Assembly: GCF_000017305.1 (NCBI RefSeq)
Contig: NC_009806.1
Coordinates: forward strand, 90,001 to 122,000
Direction: 5' to 3'
DNA from: Kineococcus radiotolerans SRS30216 = ATCC BAA-149
GTDB lineage: Bacteria > Actinomycetota > Actinomycetes > Actinomycetales > Kineococcaceae
DNA: 32,000 nt
Shown: positions 8,773 through 17,125 of the stretch, in pieces
Layout: each line of letters starts with the position of its first letter
Numbering within the stretch: the stretch's first letter is position 1
Notes under the pieces: model-generated
The model's database searches: none
Seen by the model: the letters and a program-made list of their open reading frames with translations, nothing else
Told to the model about the DNA's origin: nothing
Translations under genes and position numbers: made by a program

Positions 8773-9407
8773 CCATCGCCTGCGTCGTCCGTCACCGAGG
8801 ACGACGATGACTACGCAAGGCGGCACAGCACGCGCGTCGCATCCCGCACGTCGGGTCCGGCACGCGGCATCCGCAGCGTGTCCTCCCACAGGTCCCCGCC
8901 TCGGACACGCCTGGAGGACTCGGAGAGGGCATCTCAAGGCCGGTGACGTGCTGTCGCCACCCACCGGGAGAACCTCATGCCCCAGCACCTCGTCATCAGC
9001 GCGTCACTGAACGGAGCAACGAACGCGCTACCTCCCCGGGGGACGAACCCTGCCCAGTCTGGCCACCCGCATAAGGACGGACCCCTCGAAGCGGTCCACC
9101 TCAACAGCCACGGCCGCGACGAGGACAGGCCAGCGGACCTCGAGTCGGTGGGCACGGAGCGGGCAGTGTTTACTGACCCACGACGACCCGGCGGCGCGCA
9201 AGGCGTGGTGATCCAACCTCCGACCCATCCACACCGGGGGCCCTATGGCCGGGTGCATCTGCCAGCATGGCTGTCAGCACTTCCCGCACCCTCGCTGATC
9301 GCTCTTCGCACCACCTCGCCGACGTTGACAGCGACCGCCGCCGGCGCATCCACCAGGACGGCGTCGACCCCCACCACGGCGACGTCACGACCGACAGGAG
9401 TTCCCCG

Positions 9408-11099
9408 ATGAGGCCAGCACCGTGGAAGGTCCGCCCCGTCCCGACCGTGTGGCTGGACTACGCCACCGGCGTCGGGGTCACCGACAGCGGTGCCCGGATC
9501 ACCCCGAAGATCACCGGACGACGCAAGCGGCCTGTCCTGGTCGACCTCCTCGACACCGCCCACAACCTCTCTGCCGAGCGGATCATGCTGACCGGGAGGA
9601 TTCCCCAGCAGAGCCTAGGCGAGCAGCACTGGCTCATCACCGAGACCCCCGGCTGGAGCGCCGGCGGGCACTGGCTCTCCAGCCCGCCCACCGGCCGCTT
9701 CACCCACGGCATCACCGGCCGCAAGCTGGAAGTGCGCCTGGCCTCGGAGTGGTTCACCTCCCCTGACGACTCGCTGACCCCTGACGAGGCGCGCCAGGCC
9801 TGGGTGGCTACGTCCGAAGCGTTGAAGTCCGTCGCCCGCGACGCGGAGCTGCTGAAGTCCCCCGCTGCCACGGGGACGCAGATGTGGGCGCAGTCCCTGC
9901 CCCGCACCCTGGACCCCGAACCCCTCGACCCCGACACCGCCGAGCTGCTGCACCGCACCGCCGGGCAGCACCGCATCGAGCACCTCACCACCGGCGCCGC
10001 TGCCTGCGCGTGTGGGGCCTGCCGCCCGCTGGTGGACGTGGGTGAGCAACCCCGCGGTGGGTTCGCCTACGTCGACGGCCGGTTCATGTACGCCTCCTTG
10101 TGCCGTGAGCTCGGCACCGGCCCCGCGCGGCGGTTGACCGGGGACCAAGCCGAGGACCTGCTGCAGTCCAACCCCTACGCCCGCGCCCGCTTCCACGTTC
10201 GCTTCACCGTTCCCGAGGGCTGGAACACGCTTGGAGCGCTCCCCGTCGCCCATGACGACGCAGACGAGGGGTGGCACTACCCCAACGTCCCCGGCGCCGG
10301 CGGGCAGACCTGGGTCGACGGGGTCGAACTGAAGATCGCCCTCGACCATGGCTGGGGCATCGAGTTCCTCGAGGGCATCGAGTTCACCAAGGCCCGCGTC
10401 CTAGACACCTGGGCCGACCGGCTGCGCCGCGCCCGCGAGCGCCTGGCCCAGGCCCAAGACCTGCCGCCGACGGTGCGCGGGGCCGCCGTCAGCGCCATGC
10501 GCGCCATCCTCATCCAGGGCATCGGTGCGTTCGCCTCCCGCGGCCGGGAGACCACGCAGGTGGTGTGGTCCGCGCGGGAGGTGCCCGCCGAGGCCGCCTC
10601 GACGCTGGTGCGGCACGGGGAGGCGTTCGTGTTCCGCACCCGCGCCCCGCGTCCGCAGGGCCAGGCCGCGGCGCTGTACCGACCGGAGCTGGCTGCGCAG
10701 GTGTGGTCGCGCGGTCGGGCGCGGGTGCTGGAGTGCCCCACCGCGCTGTCGAAGCGTCTGCCCGGGGTCGGCCTGACGCGCCTGGGAGGTGCGTTGGAGG
10801 TCGACCCCGCGACGTTGCTGGCGGTCAACGGCGACGCCATCTACACCACCGAGATCCCGACGTGGTCGCTGCCGGTCGCCACGGGTGGTGGCGACGACGG
10901 TGAGGTCGGGCGGATGCGCCTGCAGGGGTGGCTGCCGGCGGTGAAGCTGCCGACGACGGTAGCGGAACGCAACCGGCTGCGGCAGCGCGCCGAGGCAGCC
11001 GGGCCGGGAACGGCCACCTCGCCGCAGTCCGCTGCGATCACGGCCGACACGGCCGGGGATCCGGCTGTCGAGGTCGTCGCGGAGGTGGCCGGTGCCTGA
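9408..11099 (+). CDS. orphan protein with family-B (protein-primed type) DNA-polymerase-like motif series
   Basis: AGGAG (9396-9400) lies 7 nt before ATG 9408. Motifs occur in polymerase order. ExoI-like WLDYAT at 9450-9467. ExoII-like HNLSAE at 9561-9578. ExoIII-like TPDEARQAWVATS at 9777-9815. Pre-A HRTAGQHRIE at 9951-9980. Motif A-like YVDGRFMYAS at 10068-10097. VELKIALDHGWGIEF at 10323-10367. Motif B-like MRAILIQGIGAFAS at 10497-10538. Motif C-like VNGDAIYT at 10824-10847. Coding status is solid. The functional call is an eye alignment against remembered phi29/PF03175 motifs. Confidence 0.45.
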   Translation: MRPAPWKVRPVPTVWLDYATGVGVTDSGARITPKITGRRKRPVLVDLLDTAHNLSAERIMLTGRIPQQSLGEQHWLITETPGWSAGGHWLSSPPTGRFTHGITGRKLEVRLASEWFTSPDDSLTPDEARQAWVATSEALKSVARDAELLKSPAATGTQMWAQSLPRTLDPEPLDPDTAELLHRTAGQHRIEHLTTGAAACACGACRPLVDVGEQPRGGFAYVDGRFMYASLCRELGTGPARRLTGDQAEDLLQSNPYARARFHVRFTVPEGWNTLGALPVAHDDADEGWHYPNVPGAGGQTWVDGVELKIALDHGWGIEFLEGIEFTKARVLDTWADRLRRARERLAQAQDLPPTVRGAAVSAMRAILIQGIGAFASRGRETTQVVWSAREVPAEAASTLVRHGEAFVFRTRAPRPQGQAAALYRPELAAQVWSRGRARVLECPTALSKRLPGVGLTRLGGALEVDPATLLAVNGDAIYTTEIPTWSLPVATGGGDDGEVGRMRLQGWLPAVKLPTTVAERNRLRQRAEAAGPGTATSPQSAAITADTAGDPAVEVVAEVAGA

Positions 11100-11856
11100 C
11101 CAGTCGACGCCCACCGCGGCCGACCTGATCGCCGATCTGCGCGCCTACGGGCTCAGCATCAGCGAGATCGCCCGCGAGCTCGGCCGCTCGCCCCGCATGG
11201 TCCGCAAGGTGGTGCAGGGAGAGAGCAGCGGGCAGCTGTACGTCGCCGCCCTCAGCGAGCTGGCCCGGACCGGACGCGCTCAGGCGCAACCGGCGCGCCG
11301 ACGCGGGCGGGATGGCCAGCTCATGCGCGTGCGCGCACCGCGAGGAGCTTCCGAGCCGACTCGCCGTCCAGAGGAGGGCACGGAAGCCCAGAAGTCCGGG
11401 ACTGCTGGGCAGCCTCCGGCGTCCCGCGCTGGCGCTGGTGCGGGCCAGCCCTCGCCGACTCCAGGTGGACGAGCGGGGCGGTCCGGGGGCTTCAGCGACA
11501 GCACGACGTACTTGCCGGGTGGGGTGCGCCAGCACACGGTGACGGCACCTCGCAGTGAGGGAACCGGCCGGGAGAGGGCCCGCCAGCGACTGCTCGAGAC
11601 GTTGCGCCGTGCCGCGCGCAGCCAACGAGGGGGTCGCAAGAACGTGCGCTTCCGCGTCACCTTGAAGAACGGCACGACGGTGGAGGTCGGCGCCAAGGGC
11701 GGCTACGCCGTCTCGAAGGCGCTCGCGCGCTCGCGCAGCGAGGGTGACGACCCATTCGCCTGGTTGGCCGGAGAGGTAGCGGATCGGCAGTACCTGCAGA
11801 AGGCGCTGTCGCGGGAGGACCTGAGCATCGTTGGAGTCGAGGCCACGATCTACTGA
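11092..11856 (+). CDS. HTH DNA-binding protein with arginine-rich central region
   Basis: GTG 11092 overlaps the upstream TGA (GTGCCTGA) and has GGAGG 6 nt upstream. HTH-like LSISEIARELGRSPRMVRKVV at 11152-11214. A basic, low-complexity middle is followed by a structured C-terminus (RFRVTLKNGTTVEVGAKGGYAVSKAL...) that ends in Tyr. Confidence 0.6.
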   Translation: MPDQSTPTAADLIADLRAYGLSISEIARELGRSPRMVRKVVQGESSGQLYVAALSELARTGRAQAQPARRRGRDGQLMRVRAPRGASEPTRRPEEGTEAQKSGTAGQPPASRAGAGAGQPSPTPGGRAGRSGGFSDSTTYLPGGVRQHTVTAPRSEGTGRERARQRLLETLRRAARSQRGGRKNVRFRVTLKNGTTVEVGAKGGYAVSKALARSRSEGDDPFAWLAGEVADRQYLQKALSREDLSIVGVEATIY

Positions 11857-12084
11857 CTACTCAAGCGGGTCAGCTGTCCTGGGGTGCGCGCCGCGCCGTC
11901 CTGCTCCTGAGGCGAAACAGTTAGAGGTCAAGACCCAGCAGTTCTCCATCAGCTCGAGTGCCGTGTTCCGGTCCTACCCGTCTTGGACGCGCCGGCTTGC
12001 GGCACTGCGGGCCGGGGTGGGCGCCGCCGGCGGGGACAGTCAATCTGCGTCGCGCGGCGGCTGGTCATCCTGGCCGTGTCATGA

Positions 12085-12885
12085 TCAGTACGGGTTGACC
12101 GGTTGCATGCTTCCAGGGTCCAAGCAGACGAGATTTCCGTCGTTCTTCCAGTCCAGGCAGACGGGGTCTGCCTCCTCGGGCTCGGGTTCGGGTGCCATGT
12201 CCTGAACGCCTTCTGCCCAGCTGTTCCCTAGCCAGCCGACGCCCTTGGCGACCCCGGCGAGGCCAGCGCCCACACCTCCGACGATCACGAGGGGGACGGC
12301 GACCATCACGAGCACCGTAATGACGGCGACGATGCCCATGAGGGCCCAGCCCAGCACTTTGCCAAGGCCGCCGAACAACGCGGCGAGTAGTCGGCGAAGC
12401 GGACCACACACCTTGATGAGGGACACGACCAGGAAGAGACCCCAGTAGGCGACGGTCAGCTTGGCGTCCCATTGCCAGGCCGTCGTCCAGCTGGTGGTGA
12501 AGCCCATGATGAGCGTGAAGATGCCCAGGGGAATCAGCAGGAGGATGCCCCCACCGAACCAGTCCAGGCAGAGATCACCGAGGCCAGTGGGGGCCTTCGG
12601 AAGATCAGCAGGTGAAAGGGTTGAGGGGGTCGCGGCCGGGCCACCGACCGGGGCTTTCGACCGACGCTCAGCCCGGTCTTCGACTTCGGTGATCTTGGTG
12701 CACCGATCGCACATGTCCCAGCCGTAACGCGGGAGGTTGGTCTTGCACCGGTGGCATCGGTGCTCCCTGTTCGCCGTCTCGAGCGAGCACGCCGTGCAGA
12801 ACGTTGAGTCAAGCTTTCGCGGCTTGGTGCTGCATCGGGCACACCGGGGCGCGGTGGACACGAATGCGCCAGGCTGGGAGGGCAT
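12085..12885 (-). CDS. zinc-ribbon (4x CxxC) plus multi-TM membrane protein, hypothetical
   Basis: N-terminal Cys pairs CARC, CTAC, CHRC and CDRC. These are followed by a Pro-rich linker and about 4 hydrophobic helices (ILLLIPLGIFTLIMGF, YWGLFLVVSLI, WALMGIVAVITVLVMVAVPLVIVGGVGAGLAGV). Confidence 0.55.
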   Translation of the reverse strand: MPSQPGAFVSTAPRCARCSTKPRKLDSTFCTACSLETANREHRCHRCKTNLPRYGWDMCDRCTKITEVEDRAERRSKAPVGGPAATPSTLSPADLPKAPTGLGDLCLDWFGGGILLLIPLGIFTLIMGFTTSWTTAWQWDAKLTVAYWGLFLVVSLIKVCGPLRRLLAALFGGLGKVLGWALMGIVAVITVLVMVAVPLVIVGGVGAGLAGVAKGVGWLGNSWAEGVQDMAPEPEPEEADPVCLDWKNDGNLVCLDPGSMQPVNPY

Positions 12886-13152
12886 AACGGAAGGTCGACG
12901 TAGTCCTCAAGGGCCCTGAGGAGTGGTCACCCGTTCGCGGGGGATGGCCTATCCGTGGCAAGCCAGCCAATCCTGCGACCAGAAGCCGCGGCGTGGACCG
13001 GGGTGGGCCGGTTGCGCTGGCGGCGAGCGAAGGGCACCGGTACAGCGTCACGAGCGTCTGCTTGACCAGCTACTGCCTCCGGCTGAGCGCACGACGGATG
13101 GCGACGGGTCATGATGCTCAAGAGCTGAAGACCAAGGGTCGATGTTCAGTCG

Positions 13153-13623
13153 GTGACCTCAACCTTGCTGGACCAAGCGCGCCGCGCCCACGAGACCGGG
13201 GTATGGAGCGATGGGCTTGTTCGTGAGGTGCAGACCAACGCCTACCACAGCTTCAAGATCCTCAAGCAGACACGGGCGACTGGCAGCGGTCATCAGGCGT
13301 TGGAGGAGCTGCGTGAGGCGTGCCGACTGACCTACCTGGCCCGGCCGTCGTTCCGCTACCTCTTGGAGGTGCTGCCGGCGGGCCCCCTGGTCGAGGTCCC
13401 GCTGACCGGAGCAGCCATCCAGTCTGGAGCTCGCCCAGTCGTCATCGAGACGCGCAGGACAAGCCCCCTTGTCGCCGCGGCGTGCATCGCCGTGATCTTG
13501 TTCGTGGCCGTGTTTATGATCGACGGCTTCATGAAGGCGCATGCGGAGCAGGAACGGGCATCGGAGAAGGTTCAGTGTGCCCTGCGCCTGCAGCCAGGTG
13601 ACGACGTAACGGCCTGCGACTGA
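13153..13623 (+). CDS. hypothetical protein with C-terminal TM helix (156 aa)
   Basis: ORF with a GTG start. One hydrophobic helix (LVAAACIAVILFVAVFMIDGF). No family recognised. Confidence 0.4.
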   Translation: MTSTLLDQARRAHETGVWSDGLVREVQTNAYHSFKILKQTRATGSGHQALEELREACRLTYLARPSFRYLLEVLPAGPLVEVPLTGAAIQSGARPVVIETRRTSPLVAAACIAVILFVAVFMIDGFMKAHAEQERASEKVQCALRLQPGDDVTACD

Positions 13624-13632
13624 GACCTGAGT

Positions 13633-13660
13633 GCCCCGCTCACCGGGATGGTGGCGGGGC
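13633..13660. terminator. GC hairpin between convergent genes
   Basis: GCCCCGC (13633-13639) pairs with GCGGGGC (13654-13660) around a 14-nt loop. It sits between the 3' ends of 13153-13623(+) and 13773-16208(-). There is no U-tract. Confidence 0.3.
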
Positions 13661-13772
13661 AGGGCGGGGACCGGAGCTCAGCGGTCGCGTTCACGAGGTA
13701 GGGGGCCTAGCTGCGCAGGCTGGTCCGCCTCGCGTGCCTGGTGCTTACGTCGCGGCCGGCACTGGGTAGGTC

Positions 13773-16208
13773 TCAGCTGCCTTGGTAGTGCGGGAGCTCA
13801 GCGAAGGCGGATGGCGCAGTGGCCTGCCCGTCCTTGCGTCGTCCTCGACCGTACTTGCTCTTGGTGGTCACGCTTGGTGCAGTCGCCGCCGCAGCGGGGC
13901 GGATCGTCGGAAGCTGCGCGGGACCGTTGTCCCCCGAACCTGCGGGCGTCGCATGGCGGTCGGGGGTGGGTCGGAACCCGTTGGCGAGGAAGCCGGCGAT
14001 GCGCAGGTAGGCCTCGTTCACGTCGGCGTCCAGGGTTTCGTAGTCGACGTGCACGCCGTCGGCGAGACGCGCGGAGTACGGAATGAGAACCGTCGCCCGG
14101 CAACGCCTCTGGAAGTGACCGATGAGGGTCTCCACGTGCACTCCCCCGTTGCGGGCCGCCTTGGCCAGTGTCCCGTCCTTGGTCGTGCGGGTGACCATGG
14201 CGACCACGGCTTCACGTGCGAGGCGTTCATGGCCCAGGTCCTCCAGACGGTCTAGGACCTTCCGGCTGCGATCCACGGCGTCCATGCTGGTGCCGGTGAC
14301 TACGACGACGTCGGTGGCGGTCTGAAGCACCTCGGGCATGTCGCGTAGCCCGGAGCTGCCCAGGTCGGTGATGACGACGTCGTGGAACTTGCTGAGCAGT
14401 TCGAGGGCCTCGCGGTGCTGCTGAGCGGTGAACGAGCGGCTGTGGTCGGCGCTGTAGATGTCCAGCCGCTTGGCGCTGCGGGCGTAGCGGCGCAGCTCGA
14501 CGACGGAGTCCACCGCGCCGTGCTGGTGCTCGTCCAGCAGGTCTTGCAGGAACCGGTCGGCGGGGGTGGCGAAGCGATCTGCGAGGTTGCCGGCCGTCTG
14601 GTCGGCGTCGATGACGGCGACGCGGTCGTCTCGGTGCTCGGCGAACTGCAACCCGATGGCGCCGGTGGTCAGCGTCTTGCCCACGCCCGTCCCGTACGCC
14701 AGGACGACGATGTGCCGGTTGCCGTCCAGCGGGGTCCGGACACGGTAGATCTCGTGGTCGCGTTCGGCCTGGCGGGCGCTCGGGGGCGGCTGGACTCGTC
14801 CCAGGGTCAGCTTCATGACGGCGCTGCGCCACCCCCCGTCGGGCATGGCGTGCACCGGGGAGAGGACAGGGGCTGCATCGCGCAGCTCGGCGTCACGGAC
14901 CTGCTGCACGAAGGTGGCGGTGTCGATGACGGCACCCGGGACACTCGCCTGAGGCGCTACCACCTCGCGGCCGGGAGCACTGACCACCGCCTCCCCGGCG
15001 GCCTGGGCTGCAGGTACCGCGGTCTTCGGGGTGTCCGGGGTGTCCGGACCCTTCGGGGCGGGCGTGGACGCCGGCGACGAGGCGGCGCTGACGATGGCCT
15101 GCGTCTCCTCCGGATGGATGGAGGGGCCTGACGCCGCGGGGGTGTCGGAGGCGGCTTCAGCGTCGGTGGAGCCAGCCGGTGCGGGCATCACCGGCGTGGC
15201 GGGTTCGTCGAGGTCGTCGGTGGCACCCGGAGCAGTCGGGGCCGGAGTCGTGGGGGGCGGCGTGGGCACCTGAGCCGGGAGCAGCGTCGCACCCTGCCAG
15301 AGGAAGACCGGGGCTGGCGGCAGCGGAGCAGGTTCGTGGGCCTCGCTCACCGATGGAGCGAAGAGCGGTCCGGTGGGCTGCTGCAGCTGGTGGGCGCTGT
15401 CAGAGGTGGTGGCCGTTCGGCCGCGTCGCGCACGTGTTCGAGAGGCGGGCAGACTCTCCGCCGCGAGGGCGCTCGCCGGATCGCTCTGCTCGCCGGCCTC
15501 CTCCTCGGCCTGCTCATCGGCCTGCGCCGTGTTGACCGCCTGAGTGGGCAGGTGAGCGCGTGCCCCGTTGAGGCCGGCCCGCTCCCCACCGTGCGCGTGA
15601 TCCTGGACGTCGGTAGTGAGGCGCTGCTCCACCGCCGGCGGGGTGCCCTGGGGCTCACCGGTCTCGATCGGTGCGTCCTCCTCGCCCGCGTCTTCCTCGC
15701 CCGCGTCGGAAGCGATCATGTCGCGGCCGCTGGCGGCGATGGCGGGGCCCTTGTCGACGCCGTCAACGACGTCGACGACATCGACGACGGTGGCGATGCT
15801 GCGGGCGCTCATTGCCTCGGCGGCTTCCTGAACCGATGAGGCTCCGTCGGCGTCCTGGAGCCGTCCGGGCTGGCCCTCCTCATCGCTGAGGAACGATGCG
15901 AGCAGCTCGTCGTACTCGAGGTCGCCGGCCGTCCAGTCCGCCGATGCGGGTGTCGACGACTGCGCCGAGGCGACCTCAGCGGTCACCTGGACTGCAGACG
16001 CTGTCGTGGGGGTGTCCGATCCGGCTTCCTCGGCTGGCGTCCGCAGCGTCTCCGTCGCTCCTGCGTCCTCCTCGGTCGCCGGGGGACGCAGCGGGGTGCC
16101 ACGCCGGAGACGACGGACGGGGCGCTCAGGGCGCGTCCGTGCAGGCGCTCGCTGCTCGGTGACGGTGATCGCGTCGACTTCGGTGGTGGCGTTGCTCAAG
16201 TGGTTCAT
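13773..16208 (-). CDS. ParA/MinD-family ATPase with long Pro/Ala/Thr/Glu-rich disordered N-terminus (EspI-like architecture)
   Basis: The C-terminal domain reads GGWRSAVMKLTLGRV...HIVVLAYGTGVGKTLTTGAIGL...RVAVIDADQTAGNL...VVITDLG...HFQRRCRATVLIPYSARLADG...AYLRIAGFLANGF. This parallels the remembered EspI/Rv3876-type MinD/ParA family. The first 430 aa or so are low complexity. Confidence 0.8.
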   Translation of the reverse strand: MNHLSNATTEVDAITVTEQRAPARTRPERPVRRLRRGTPLRPPATEEDAGATETLRTPAEEAGSDTPTTASAVQVTAEVASAQSSTPASADWTAGDLEYDELLASFLSDEEGQPGRLQDADGASSVQEAAEAMSARSIATVVDVVDVVDGVDKGPAIAASGRDMIASDAGEEDAGEEDAPIETGEPQGTPPAVEQRLTTDVQDHAHGGERAGLNGARAHLPTQAVNTAQADEQAEEEAGEQSDPASALAAESLPASRTRARRGRTATTSDSAHQLQQPTGPLFAPSVSEAHEPAPLPPAPVFLWQGATLLPAQVPTPPPTTPAPTAPGATDDLDEPATPVMPAPAGSTDAEAASDTPAASGPSIHPEETQAIVSAASSPASTPAPKGPDTPDTPKTAVPAAQAAGEAVVSAPGREVVAPQASVPGAVIDTATFVQQVRDAELRDAAPVLSPVHAMPDGGWRSAVMKLTLGRVQPPPSARQAERDHEIYRVRTPLDGNRHIVVLAYGTGVGKTLTTGAIGLQFAEHRDDRVAVIDADQTAGNLADRFATPADRFLQDLLDEHQHGAVDSVVELRRYARSAKRLDIYSADHSRSFTAQQHREALELLSKFHDVVITDLGSSGLRDMPEVLQTATDVVVVTGTSMDAVDRSRKVLDRLEDLGHERLAREAVVAMVTRTTKDGTLAKAARNGGVHVETLIGHFQRRCRATVLIPYSARLADGVHVDYETLDADVNEAYLRIAGFLANGFRPTPDRHATPAGSGDNGPAQLPTIRPAAAATAPSVTTKSKYGRGRRKDGQATAPSAFAELPHYQGS

Positions 16209-16268
16209 GGCGACCTTCGCATCAGAGACGGCGACCGGAGCGGATCGTGTGCAGCACAGGCGGTGACA

Positions 16269-16570
16269 GTCACGCTGAGTACATCTGAGTTGACGCGGGC
16301 GCAGCCACCATTACCCCCATAGTGTAATGGGGTCGCGGTCCCCGTACAGGAGGCTGTGGACAGCCCTCCCCGGCGTCCGCCCGGGCCCCTTGGATCAGCG
16401 GCCGGCCGCCACAGTCCTGCGCACCGCCTCCCCGCACATCAGAGGGCAGCCGCCGACTGCGCTGCGATGCGAACCGGCGACGGATCGTGCCGAAGGTGTG
16501 CGCAGGGCGTGGATCAGCCGGTAGACAGGTCACGCTCTGAGCACGGCAGGGGGCCACGGGCGCAGCCACC
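16269..16570. promoter_or_regulatory. pair of about 41-bp imperfect direct repeats 260 bp apart plus a CCATTAC/GTAATGG inverted repeat in a divergent intergenic region
   Basis: Unit 1 is 16269-16309 and unit 2 is 16529-16570. Both begin with GTCACGCT and end with the exact 13-mer GGGCGCAGCCACC (16297-16309 and 16558-16570). ACCCCAT(16313-16319)/ATGGGGT(16327-16333) forms a hairpin or palindrome. Confidence 0.5.
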
Positions 16571-16654
16571 CGATAGCCTCCATGCGTCGCACGAGCACGG
16601 AGCGACCGGCGCAACGACGTGCGACGGCAGAGGATCAGACCCGGGGGGGCGTAC

Positions 16655-17125
16655 ATGAGCACGGCATCCGCGACGCCTGAGGATCCTGACGCCCAGGCGG
16701 CAGCCGCCGACGACGGCCTGGTAGGCCGCCGCAACGACCTCATCATCCAGCGGATCAGCCAGCTCCTGAACAGCCCCCATCCAGAGACCGGCACGGTGCT
16801 GCAGGGCAAGGAGGTCACCGCCCGCGCCCAGGCGCGTGGGCAGAGCCTCAGCACCAGCTACGTCCTCGGCCTGCGATCGGCTAACCGCGGGGTCCCCAGC
16901 GTGCACGTCCTCCAACTGCTGGCCGACATCTACGGCGTCAACCTGAACTTCTTCGCCTCCCAGCGCACCCCCGACGACTTCCGCGCAGACCTGAAGCTGC
17001 AGGCAGTGCTCGACGACCACGAGGCCCGCGCCCTGTTCCTCCGCGCCGCCGACCTCAGCGCTCCCGCCAAGGAGAACCTCGCAGCCATCATCGAGGACAT
17101 GCTGCGCGAGAACCCCGACGAGTAG
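16655..17125 (+). CDS. EspR-like HTH (XRE-family) DNA-binding protein
   Basis: LIIQRISQLLNSPHPETG...SLSTSYVLGLRSANRGVPSVHVLQLLADIYGVNLNFFASQ...ARALFLRAADLS...IIEDMLRE follows the EspR pattern. ATG 16655 follows a G-rich Shine-Dalgarno. The ORF is open from 16619. Confidence 0.75.
   Translation: MSTASATPEDPDAQAAAADDGLVGRRNDLIIQRISQLLNSPHPETGTVLQGKEVTARAQARGQSLSTSYVLGLRSANRGVPSVHVLQLLADIYGVNLNFFASQRTPDDFRADLKLQAVLDDHEARALFLRAADLSAPAKENLAAIIEDMLRENPDE

Noticed and set aside
9325-9330. Perfect TTGACA hexamers at 9325-9330 and 30444-30449 as possible -35 promoter elements
   Set aside because: No acceptable TANNNT -10 element lies at 16-19 bp spacing in either case. The second has no downstream plus-strand gene. 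There is too little to call a promoter.
8977-9411. 144-aa ORF filling the gap upstream of the polymerase-like gene
   Set aside because: The composition is Pro/Thr/Arg/His-rich and unstructured. It has no RBS and runs in a different frame into the well-supported ATG 9408 start. It is judged non-coding.
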